Below, one piece after another: positions 11,801 through 17,693 of a stretch of 32,000 nt of DNA; the first letter of the stretch is position 1; each line of letters starts with the position of its first letter. Source of the DNA: Xanthomonas campestris pv. campestris str. ATCC 33913 (GTDB taxonomy: Bacteria; Pseudomonadota; Gammaproteobacteria; Xanthomonadales; Xanthomonadaceae); the NCBI RefSeq assembly GCF_000007145.1, contig NC_003902.1, forward strand, positions 2,306,497 through 2,338,496, read 5' to 3'. The notes beneath the pieces are model-generated. The model was not told the origin of the DNA. It saw only the letters and a list, made by a program, of their open reading frames with translations, and ran no database searches. The position numbers were made by a program, and so were the translations under genes.

Positions 11801-13033
11801 GACCTGGGCTAGGCGTGCCTGTAGGCGCCGCGTATTCCGCCGGCAGCGCTCGGCATGCGTACCTTGCAGGGTCAGCATCTTCTCGTCGTACCCAAGTCGT
11901 GTGCGCAGTGCCTCGATTTCTCGGTCTTGCTCTGCAACAAGTTCCGACGCAAGCGTGCGAGATGCCGGCCTGTTGGCAGAGCTGCTTGCTGGATCTGACC
12001 GCAACGCATCGCGCGCTTGTGCATACGCGCTCCGTAATTGATCGATCTCCGCATTAGTATCCGCAAGTGCTTGCTCTGCCTGTGCTGCCTGTGCCGAGCC
12101 GCGGCCGAAAAAGACCGTCTTGGCCAGCACATCGCCGCGCGCGCGCGCATCCTGCACTGCGTGTTCGAGCCGAGTGCAGACGCGCTGCAGGTGTGAGGGA
12201 TCCTCGCCCTGATGCGCGTTGGCCGCGGATGGCGCCGTGCGCGCTACGACAGCGCGCGATTGCCGAACGCCTGGTAACGCGTTCAATGCAGCGCGCGCGG
12301 AGACGATGTTCGACTCGAGATCGTGTATCGCCGCCGACACTGCATCAGTTCGCACATTGCATCCATGCAGTTGCTGCAGCAGTTCGGCGCGTTCACGCGT
12401 CAGCACATTGATGCTGTCGCTGAGATTGGCGGCGCGCCGGGCTCTCAACGCCAACTGCTCGCGTGCAGCGTGTAGCGTTTGTGCATGCGCGTACTTCAAT
12501 TCGGCTTGGCGACGCCGGGAGATCCCTGCGGCCAGGTCGTGGTTGGATTGCTCAAGGCGTGCTATCAGCGCTCCATTGAGATCCTGGGTGGCATTCGACA
12601 GCAGCGGGGCTGCGTGCGGAGCAAGGGCGACATTGGCGCTGCGATCCGATGGATCGGCTAGTCTGTCACGCTCGCACTGCAACGAGGAATAGCGCAGCAG
12701 GCGCGCGTGCGGTTCTGGCGCACCACTGCTGAGGCCCAATCGCTCTGCGGCCTTCCTGCAGGGCCGCAGGAGAGCGTGTTTGCGTTTGGGAGCGGCTTTC
12801 AATCCGGGCTCGACGACGCTTGTCTGTCTGACTTGCTCACGCAGCGTCTCTGACCAACCCAGCGGATCTTCCTGTGCCTGGATCAGTTCCGCCTCGAACG
12901 CGCGTGGGTCGGGCGTCGCCAATTTGTTATGCGTCTGCCGCTTCGCTGAAGGTTTGGATGGATGCGAGATGGTCTCGGCCATCCCTGGAAGGCAAGCGGC
13001 GATGACAGAGGGACGAAGCGGAATGCGAGGCAT
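8867..13033 (-). CDS. xopZ: Giant XopZ/HopAS1-like type III effector candidate
   Basis: The open frame is uninterrupted: 1417 aa from the GTG at 13120, or 1388 aa from the ATG at 13033. A PIP-box-like promoter lies upstream. From M30 the N-terminus has 12/50 Ser+Pro and no acidic residue before position 20. I recognise no enzyme motifs. The size and the lolA-rarA location agree with what I recall for XopZ1. The ORF itself is solid (about 0.9); the family assignment is from recollection only. Confidence 0.55.
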   Translation of the reverse strand: MPRIPLRPSVIAACLPGMAETISHPSKPSAKRQTHNKLATPDPRAFEAELIQAQEDPLGWSETLREQVRQTSVVEPGLKAAPKRKHALLRPCRKAAERLGLSSGAPEPHARLLRYSSLQCERDRLADPSDRSANVALAPHAAPLLSNATQDLNGALIARLEQSNHDLAAGISRRRQAELKYAHAQTLHAAREQLALRARRAANLSDSINVLTRERAELLQQLHGCNVRTDAVSAAIHDLESNIVSARAALNALPGVRQSRAVVARTAPSAANAHQGEDPSHLQRVCTRLEHAVQDARARGDVLAKTVFFGRGSAQAAQAEQALADTNAEIDQLRSAYAQARDALRSDPASSSANRPASRTLASELVAEQDREIEALRTRLGYDEKMLTLQGTHAERCRRNTRRLQARLAQVDAKLEQARHSSRINTEELWQQEQTVSVLEAADGDMQRGVEHAAAQLPADEARPVASDIVADTMQTLLDVLPGFREETLDPVSRQVLRVWADGLHARSAAFGTEALQPVDALRIALQALSIASGGDATAAANALQRLSVVRMRELIPPPQVSIAAEAVPPMETVTACVGLLASVPRGMQVLSHMLREEPTPASREWLEAAQVHLRASHRLALTQDAEQAERTWLGDAQMGARHAVHGASPLQGLQSATDAQRGAFHAFRNGYETTRTGSPYARVNACLQMFAQWAVAGSRRRGNSDLNPFNALALGMKVGASEALPTAVRRANDAFREAAGHLTSWLVARRQIQLAGGRMPSQDELAMQALSEYAHWLPHEQNATDLTFTAKVLGTIERRAQELQRSVAASASESDDLQPAACHPAIASAWVALRAGRMRLPETLRLIQRGLLDHAGQPTDMPIGAAPLDEELASVARNHFHQAVGHASRFLHEGDTSRVRSPRALFECLRNLMERLEWRDKLRITEQRVIGLNTTPLSAALAIIPSGLGLKLSAGGQTSSDRSVEIYMGRTGLSLQIGRQKARQFNASTGISAGVLLPGTERAPVGITGAAEWRMKKESSIEHGVQIRVPRRGKGQELEQRAQFLAMFEHLLQLAEQSGGDAGQLTERDFLGELLAHHPSITVGLIGHAERNASATESSLSVAAGVRVGNMDGKPRRATLGASLGLKARRETSRSQTPIEGYMTMVLKDSSAQSRVELAGRASASVVAQQWTHPSIGNAPPTPVARLSMATLDLGYSRELHSAGSNTFSTLWMFNNEIDPVRTDRGFEFFDFASFEREVKRNWQLWTHYGISKLQGKVDDQRVYMVAERQLQDFVDRVRLHMQDNKFASMIVDWVLQAEAAPRLDALRAQAQLLRVAGCEAQAVEADRAFDDLISHPGIWEPTILILREKGKRQRERGIDFFVKRQTNQAAEAMRTVGQWIPYEPVP

Positions 13034-13133
13034 GGTGGGATCCGTACGCTGAACGTGCCGCTCGCGCTGGCGCAGCTGGCGGCCGGTGCGGGGTGCCGGC
13101 AAGCGATTGTATGCGGTCACTCGTTACTTAGTA

Positions 13134-13195
13134 ACATTATTGTGCTGCGCGTTTTAGGTATTGCACCTGCGCGAAGTGGTCGCTTGGAAAGAGAA
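13134..13195 (-). promoter_or_regulatory. Imperfect PIP box (HrpX-type) plus -10 element upstream of the giant ORF
   Basis: The minus strand reads TTCTC(13195-13191)-N15-TTCGC(13175-13171)-N31-TAATGT(13139-13134). The consensus is TTCGB-N15-TTCGB-N30-32-YANNNT. The first half-site has one mismatch (T for G at position 4). Confidence 0.5.
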
Positions 13196-13271
13196 CGCCA
13201 GCATTTCTGCCAGCGATGGCCGAACACCGCATTGTGGAACGTCCCGCCGACAGAGGCGGTAGAATGAAGGG

Positions 13272-14642
13272 GTGAGCAAAGCCAAACGTCCCGACTCGAT
13301 CACGCCCGATCTGCTGCATGTTGATCGCAGCGCCATGGGGCCGTTAGCAGAGCGGATGCGCCCACGTACCCTCGACGAGATGGTCGGGCAGAAACGCTTG
13401 CTTGCGGCCGATAGCGCCTTGCGGCGCGCGGTCGAATCCGGGCGCGTGCATTCGATGATCCTGTGGGGCCCGCCGGGCTGCGGCAAGACCACGCTGGCCT
13501 TGTTGCTGGCGCACTATGCCGATGCCGAATTCAAGGCGATTTCTGCGGTGTTGTCCGGATTGCCCGATGTGCGCCAGGTGCTGGCCGAGGCCGCGCAGCG
13601 GTTCGCCAGCGGCCGACGCACCGTGCTGTTCGTCGACGAGGTGCATCGCTTCAACAAGGCGCAGCAGGATGCGTTCTTGCCGCACATCGAGCGCGGCACC
13701 ATCCTGTTCGTCGGTGCGACGACCGAGAATCCATCCTTCGAGTTGAACTCTGCGTTGCTGTCGCGCTGTCGCGTGCATGTGCTGGAAGGCGTGTCGCCGC
13801 AGGACATCGTCGAAGCCTTGCAACGGGCCTTGCACGATGCCGAGCGCGGCTTGGGCCAGGAGACGATCCAGGTCAGTGAAGCATCGCTGCTGGAAATCGC
13901 CAGCGCCGCAGACGGCGATGTACGCCGGGCACTGACGCTATTGGAAATTGCTGCGGAACTGGCGACGGGCGAGGGCGGTGAGATCACACCGCGAACGCTG
14001 CTGCAGGTGCTGGCCGACCGCACGCGCCGCTTCGACAAGAACGGCGAGCAGTTCTACGACCAGATTTCGGCGTTGCATAAATCCGTACGCAGTTCCAACC
14101 CGGATGCAGCGCTTTACTGGTTGACGCGCATGCTCGATGGTGGCTGCGACCCGGCGTATCTGGCGCGGCGGCTGACCCGCATGGCGATCGAGGATATTGG
14201 CTTGGCCGATCCGCGCGCGCAGAGCATGGCGCTGGAGGCCTGGGACATCTACGAGCGTCTCGGCAGTCCGGAAGGCGAGCTGGCCTTCGCGCAGCTGGTG
14301 CTGTACCTGGCCAGCACCGCCAAATCCAACGCCGGCTATGCGGCCTTCAATCAGGCCAAGGCCGAAGTGCGTGCCAGCGGTACGCAAGAGGTGCCGCTGC
14401 ATCTGCGCAATGCGCCGACCAAGCTGATGAAGACGCTGGGTTACGGCCAGGACTATCAGTACGACCATGATGCCGAGGGCGGCATCGCGCTGGATCAGAC
14501 CGGCTTCCCGGATGCGATGGGCGAGCGCGTGTACTACAACCCGGTGCCGCGCGGGATGGAGATCAAGCTGAAAGAAAAGCTCGATCGCCTGCGCGAGGCG
14601 CGCGCGCAGGCGCGGGCTGACAAGGGCAAGGCCGGCAATTAG
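13272..14642 (+). CDS. rarA: Replication-associated recombination protein A (AAA+ ATPase)
   Basis: The product has PLAERMRP..LDEMVGQ, Walker A GPPGCGKTT, Walker B VLFVDEVHRFNK, GATTENPSFELNSALLSR and HLRNAPTKLMK..GYG..Y.Y. I could align it from memory along the full length of E. coli RarA. The GTG start at 13272 is uncertain; an alternative ATG lies at 13335. Confidence 0.93.
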   Translation: MSKAKRPDSITPDLLHVDRSAMGPLAERMRPRTLDEMVGQKRLLAADSALRRAVESGRVHSMILWGPPGCGKTTLALLLAHYADAEFKAISAVLSGLPDVRQVLAEAAQRFASGRRTVLFVDEVHRFNKAQQDAFLPHIERGTILFVGATTENPSFELNSALLSRCRVHVLEGVSPQDIVEALQRALHDAERGLGQETIQVSEASLLEIASAADGDVRRALTLLEIAAELATGEGGEITPRTLLQVLADRTRRFDKNGEQFYDQISALHKSVRSSNPDAALYWLTRMLDGGCDPAYLARRLTRMAIEDIGLADPRAQSMALEAWDIYERLGSPEGELAFAQLVLYLASTAKSNAGYAAFNQAKAEVRASGTQEVPLHLRNAPTKLMKTLGYGQDYQYDHDAEGGIALDQTGFPDAMGERVYYNPVPRGMEIKLKEKLDRLREARAQARADKGKAGN

Positions 14643-14646
14643 CGCA

Positions 14647-14669
14647 GCGGCAGTTTGAGCGGCTGCCGC
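14647..14669. terminator. Hairpin between convergent rarA and CLC-F genes (possible bidirectional terminator)
   Basis: GCGGCAG-N9-CTGCCGC forms a 7-bp stem between the two stop codons. There is no clear U-tract on either strand. Confidence 0.3.
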
Positions 14670-14684
14670 CACGACCGAAGCGAC

Positions 14685-16007
14685 TCATTGCCTGTTGTCG
14701 TGGTCCGCGGCGGCGCTGCGCTGCGAGTCCGCCGCAGGTAGGTCGGCATGCCGTGCGGTGTCTTCCGGACCGATGCCACGCCTATGATGCTTGCCATCGC
14801 CGATGCGCTGCGCGTGATAGATGCCGCGATGGCCGGAGAACAGGTAGGCGGTGATGCAGGCAACGGCGGCAAAGGAGGCGATGTCGGCGCCGAACAGTTC
14901 GACCGCCATCAGCGTCGAGGCGATCGGAGTGTTGGACGCGCCGGCGAACACCGCGACCAGGCCCAGCCCGGCCAGCATCGAGAACGGCAGTTGCAGCAGG
15001 GGCGCCAGTGCGTTGCCCAGGGTCGCGCCGATGTAGAACAAGGGAGTGACCTCGCCGCCTTTGAAGCCGGTGGCCAACGACGCCACGGTGAAGCAGGCCT
15101 TGCCAAGAAAATCCCAGGGTTCCATGGGTTCGTGGAAGGCGCGCACGATCTCCGGGATGCCCAGCCCGATGTAACGTTGCGTGCCCAGCAGCCAGACCGC
15201 CAGGGCAATCACCACGCCACCAAGCAGGGGCCGCAGCGGCGCATAGGCGATCGCCTGCTTGACCGATTGACCCAGGAGATGCGTGGCCGTGGCGAACAGC
15301 CTGCCGACCAGGCCGAACACCACGCCGGCCGCCATCACCGCCAATACGCTGCCGACACCGACTGGCACTATGCGCTCGATCGCATAGTGCGTGTGTTGAA
15401 TACCCCAGGCCAGGCACACCTGATTGGCCACGATCGCGGCCATCGTGCAAGGCAACAGCGCGTCGTAACGCAAGCGGCCGATGACCAGGACTTCGAGGCC
15501 GAAGATTGCACCCGCCAGCGGCGTGCCGAACACCGAGGCGAAGCCGGCGCTGATGCCGGCCATCAGCAGCAGGCGCCTGTCCTGTTGCAGGAGACGGAAC
15601 ACGCGCGTCAGTTGGTCGGCGAGGGCTGCGCCCATCTGCACCGCCGTGCCCTCGCGCCCGACCGAGGCGCCGAACAAGTGTGAGATCACCGTGCCACCGA
15701 GCACCAGCGGCGCCATGCGCAGCGGCAACGTTTTCCGGGGATCGTGGATTTCGTCGATGATCAGGTTGTTGCCCGCGTCCACGTCCTTGCCCAGCAGGTG
15801 GTAGACCAGCCCGACACCGAATCCGGCCACAGGCAACAGCCAGAGTACCCAGGCATGGCTTTCACGCCAGGCGGTCGCCGCCTCCAACGCCAGCAAGAAC
15901 AGCGCCGACGCCGTACCCGCCAGGACGCCCACCACGCTGGCGATCGCCAGCCACTTGGCAAGCTGTAGGAAAAGATCGAAATACTCGGGGCGGCGGAATC
16001 CGGACAT
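14685..16007 (-). CDS. CLC-F family fluoride/proton antiporter (EriC-F type)
   Basis: The product has a CLC fold with the CLC-F signature variants GNNLI (in place of GSGIP), GREGT and GEVTP (in place of GxFxP). A fluoride riboswitch lies directly upstream. I trimmed the start to the ATG at 16007 (MSGFRRPEYF...) because the track start at 16109 lies inside the riboswitch aptamer. Confidence 0.9.
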   Translation of the reverse strand: MSGFRRPEYFDLFLQLAKWLAIASVVGVLAGTASALFLLALEAATAWRESHAWVLWLLPVAGFGVGLVYHLLGKDVDAGNNLIIDEIHDPRKTLPLRMAPLVLGGTVISHLFGASVGREGTAVQMGAALADQLTRVFRLLQQDRRLLLMAGISAGFASVFGTPLAGAIFGLEVLVIGRLRYDALLPCTMAAIVANQVCLAWGIQHTHYAIERIVPVGVGSVLAVMAAGVVFGLVGRLFATATHLLGQSVKQAIAYAPLRPLLGGVVIALAVWLLGTQRYIGLGIPEIVRAFHEPMEPWDFLGKACFTVASLATGFKGGEVTPLFYIGATLGNALAPLLQLPFSMLAGLGLVAVFAGASNTPIASTLMAVELFGADIASFAAVACITAYLFSGHRGIYHAQRIGDGKHHRRGIGPEDTARHADLPAADSQRSAAADHDNRQ

Positions 16008-16065
16008 GGCAGCCTGTCGGTTGGAAGGTGAGGGCTGGCACGGCAGGGGGGATGTGAGCAGAGAC

Positions 16066-16106
16066 ACGCCTACAATCCCTGGCCGGGCCAGAGTTCTTGT
16101 AGGCGT
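16066..16106 (-). terminator. Expression-platform hairpin of the fluoride riboswitch
   Basis: On the minus strand, ACGCCTACAA (16106-16097) pairs perfectly with TTGTAGGCGT (16075-16066). An inner CTGGC/GCCAG helix lies between them. The 5' arm contains the ACGCC pseudoknot strand of the aptamer, so the two folds are mutually exclusive. The downstream tract GUCUCUGCUC is only weakly U-rich. Confidence 0.5.
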
Positions 16107-16159
16107 CATCAGTAGCGATCGCTACGGTTGATGGTACAGCGCGGAGGAACGCCATCTCC
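16099..16159 (-). promoter_or_regulatory. Fluoride riboswitch (crcB RNA motif) aptamer
   Basis: The minus strand reads GGAGATGGCGTTCCTCCGCGCTGTACCATCAACCGTAGCGATCGCTACTGATGACGCCTAC. P1 is GGAG/CUCC. The loop GGCGU is complementary to the 3' ACGCC (pseudoknot). AACCG is conserved, P3 is GUAGC-GAUC-GCUAC, and the 3' CUGAUGAcGCCUAC is conserved. It parallels the Thermotoga petrophila aptamer GGCGAUGGUGUUCGCCAUAAACGCUCUUCGGAGCUAAUGACACCUAC, with a compensatory change in the pseudoknot. Confidence 0.85.
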
Positions 16160-16168
16160 GAGATGGCC

Positions 16169-16197
16169 AGAATAATCCCGCGTCGCTTGGCTGTCCA
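16169..16197 (-). promoter_or_regulatory. Sigma70-like promoter for the riboswitch-CLC-F transcript
   Basis: The minus strand reads TGGACA (16197-16192), then N17, then TATTCT (16174-16169). The predicted transcription start falls a few nt before the aptamer P1 at 16159. Confidence 0.45.
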
Positions 16198-16265
16198 GCC
16201 GCTGCCTTGTGGCATAGCACGACAAGCGGTCCGCTTGCCGACGGCAATGGATCGGTCGGAGACAG

Positions 16266-16291
16266 TGGATTGGAGCGCGCGCTCCAATCCA
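16266..16291 (-). terminator. Perfect 26-bp palindrome downstream of fadA (probable operon terminator hairpin)
   Basis: TGGATTGGAGCGC|GCGCTCCAATCCA lies about 50 nt after the fadA stop at 16341. A second small hairpin CGGCAG-TCG-CTGCCG at about 16308-16322 lies between it and that stop. The U-tract on the minus strand is poor; TTCTT follows on the + strand. Confidence 0.4.
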
Positions 16292-16340
16292 TTCTTGGCC
16301 ATCGCAGCGGCAGTCGCTGCCGGGCCGCTAACTGCGCGGT

Positions 16341-17546
16341 TTAAAGCGCTTCGATGATGCCCGCCGCGCCCATGCCGGTGCCGATGCACATGGTGACCAT
16401 GCCGTACTTCTGCTGGCGGCGGCGCAAGCCGTGCACCAGCGTTGCGGCACGGATCGCGCCGGTCGCGCCCAGCGGATGGCCGAGGGCGATCGCGCCACCC
16501 AGCGGGTTGACCTTGGACGGGTCCAGTTCGCTATCGCGGATGACAGCCAAGGCCTGCGCGGCGAAGGCTTCGTTGAGTTCGATCCAGTCGAGTTGGTCCT
16601 TGGTCAGGCCGGCCTGCTTGAGCGCCTTGGGAATGGCCGCGATCGGGCCGATGCCCATCACTTCCGGGCGCACGCCCGCGACCGAGAAGCTGACGAAACG
16701 GGCAAGCGGGGTCAGGCCGTAATCCTTGATCGCCTGCTCGGAGGCCAGCAGCACCGCACCGGCGCCATCGCTCATCTGCGAGGAGTTACCGGCGGTGACG
16801 CTGCCGCCGAACTGGCCGTTGCGGAACACCGGGCGCAGCTTGGCCAGGCCTTCGAGCGAGCTGTCCGGGCGCGGGCCTTCGTCGGTATCGACCAGGCGCT
16901 TGCGCAGCGCGATCACATTGCCGGCCAGGTCGGGTTGATGCGAGTGGATCTCGTACGGGGTGATCTCGTCGCGGAACTCGCCCGCCGCGATCGCCGCGAT
17001 CGCCTTCTGATGCGAGGCCAGCGCGAAGGCATCCTGATCCTCGCGCGACACCTTCCACTCTTCTGCGACCTTCTCGGCGGTGATGCCCATGCCATAGGCA
17101 ATGGCCACATGGTCGTCGGCGAACACGCTCGGCGACATGGCGACCTTGTTGCCCATCATCGGCACCATCGACATCGATTCGGTACCGCCGGCCAGCATCA
17201 GATCGGCATTGCCCAGACGGATCTGGTCGGCGGCCATCGCCACGGCCTGGATGCCGGACGAACAGAAGCGGTTGATGGTCTGACCGGCCACGGTATTGGG
17301 CAGGCCGGCCAGCAGCACGCCGATACGCGCCACGTTCATGCCTTGCTCGCCCTCGGGCATGGCGCAGCCGATGATGGCATCGTCGATCCGCGACAGATCG
17401 ATGCCCGGCGCCTGCGCCACCACTGCGCGCAACACGTGCGCCAGCATGTCGTCGGGACGGGTATTGCGGAACACGCCCTTCGGCGCCTTGCCCACCGGCG
17501 TACGCGTGGCGGCAACGATGTAGGCTTCTTGAATCTGCTTGCTCAT
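16341..17546 (-). CDS. fadA: Acetyl-CoA C-acyltransferase (3-ketoacyl-CoA thiolase)
   Basis: The 401-aa product has the thiolase active-site Cys context INRFCSSGIQAV and the C-terminal NEAFAAQ..GGAIALGHPLGATG..CIGTGMG motifs. Confidence 0.93.
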   Translation of the reverse strand: MSKQIQEAYIVAATRTPVGKAPKGVFRNTRPDDMLAHVLRAVVAQAPGIDLSRIDDAIIGCAMPEGEQGMNVARIGVLLAGLPNTVAGQTINRFCSSGIQAVAMAADQIRLGNADLMLAGGTESMSMVPMMGNKVAMSPSVFADDHVAIAYGMGITAEKVAEEWKVSREDQDAFALASHQKAIAAIAAGEFRDEITPYEIHSHQPDLAGNVIALRKRLVDTDEGPRPDSSLEGLAKLRPVFRNGQFGGSVTAGNSSQMSDGAGAVLLASEQAIKDYGLTPLARFVSFSVAGVRPEVMGIGPIAAIPKALKQAGLTKDQLDWIELNEAFAAQALAVIRDSELDPSKVNPLGGAIALGHPLGATGAIRAATLVHGLRRRQQKYGMVTMCIGTGMGAAGIIEAL

Positions 17547-17562
17547 GGCTATCTCCGATAGC

Positions 17563-17693
17563 CGGGATTGGGGATTCGTGAGTCGGGATTCGTCAAAGCG
17601 AATTCCGATGTCCGAATGGTCCCGTCCGGCGGGATGGAATGTTGGAGGGCAGGGGAGCCGTTGTGACGAATCCCCAATCCCGAATCACGAATC
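17563..17693. repeat. REP-like inverted-repeat element built from GGGATTN heptamers
   Basis: The left arm is CGGGATT GGGGATT CGTGAGT CGGGATT CGTC (17563-17594). The right arm is GACG AATCCCC AATCCCG AATCACG AATC (17666-17693). The 17 bp at 17563-17579 are perfectly complementary to 17666-17682, with an 86-nt spacer. The element fills almost the whole 147-bp gap between the dehydrogenase/hydratase and thiolase genes. Confidence 0.6.

Noticed and set aside
12079-12100. A short 9-bp tandem repeat (GCCTGTGCT GCCTGTGCC) lies inside the giant ORF.
   Set aside because: There are only two imperfect copies, encoding part of an Ala/Gln-rich helix (AQAAQAEQA). This is a compositional effect, not a repeat array.
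13122-13145. Possible Xanthomonas LexA box (TTAG-N6-TACTA) in GTTACTTAGTAACATTATTG, upstream of rarA and the effector gene.
   Set aside because: Only TTAG is matched. The second half-site reads TATTG, which is 3/5 against TACTA. I kept the palindrome only as a note within the PIP promoter finding.
13260-13274. A TAGAAT -10-like hexamer lies 6 nt before the rarA GTG, suggesting a leaderless rarA mRNA.
   Set aside because: There is no acceptable -35 at 16-18 nt spacing, and leaderless initiation on GUG is unusual. More likely the promoter lies further upstream or the start codon is different (ATG 13335). It cannot be resolved from sequence.
15862-16389. A 175-aa minus-strand ORF spans the CLC-F upstream region. 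The 34-codon N-terminal extension of the CLC ORF (to 16109) falls in the same region.
   Set aside because: Both run through the fluoride riboswitch aptamer, its expression platform and the promoter. The CLC-F protein aligns sensibly from the ATG at 16007.
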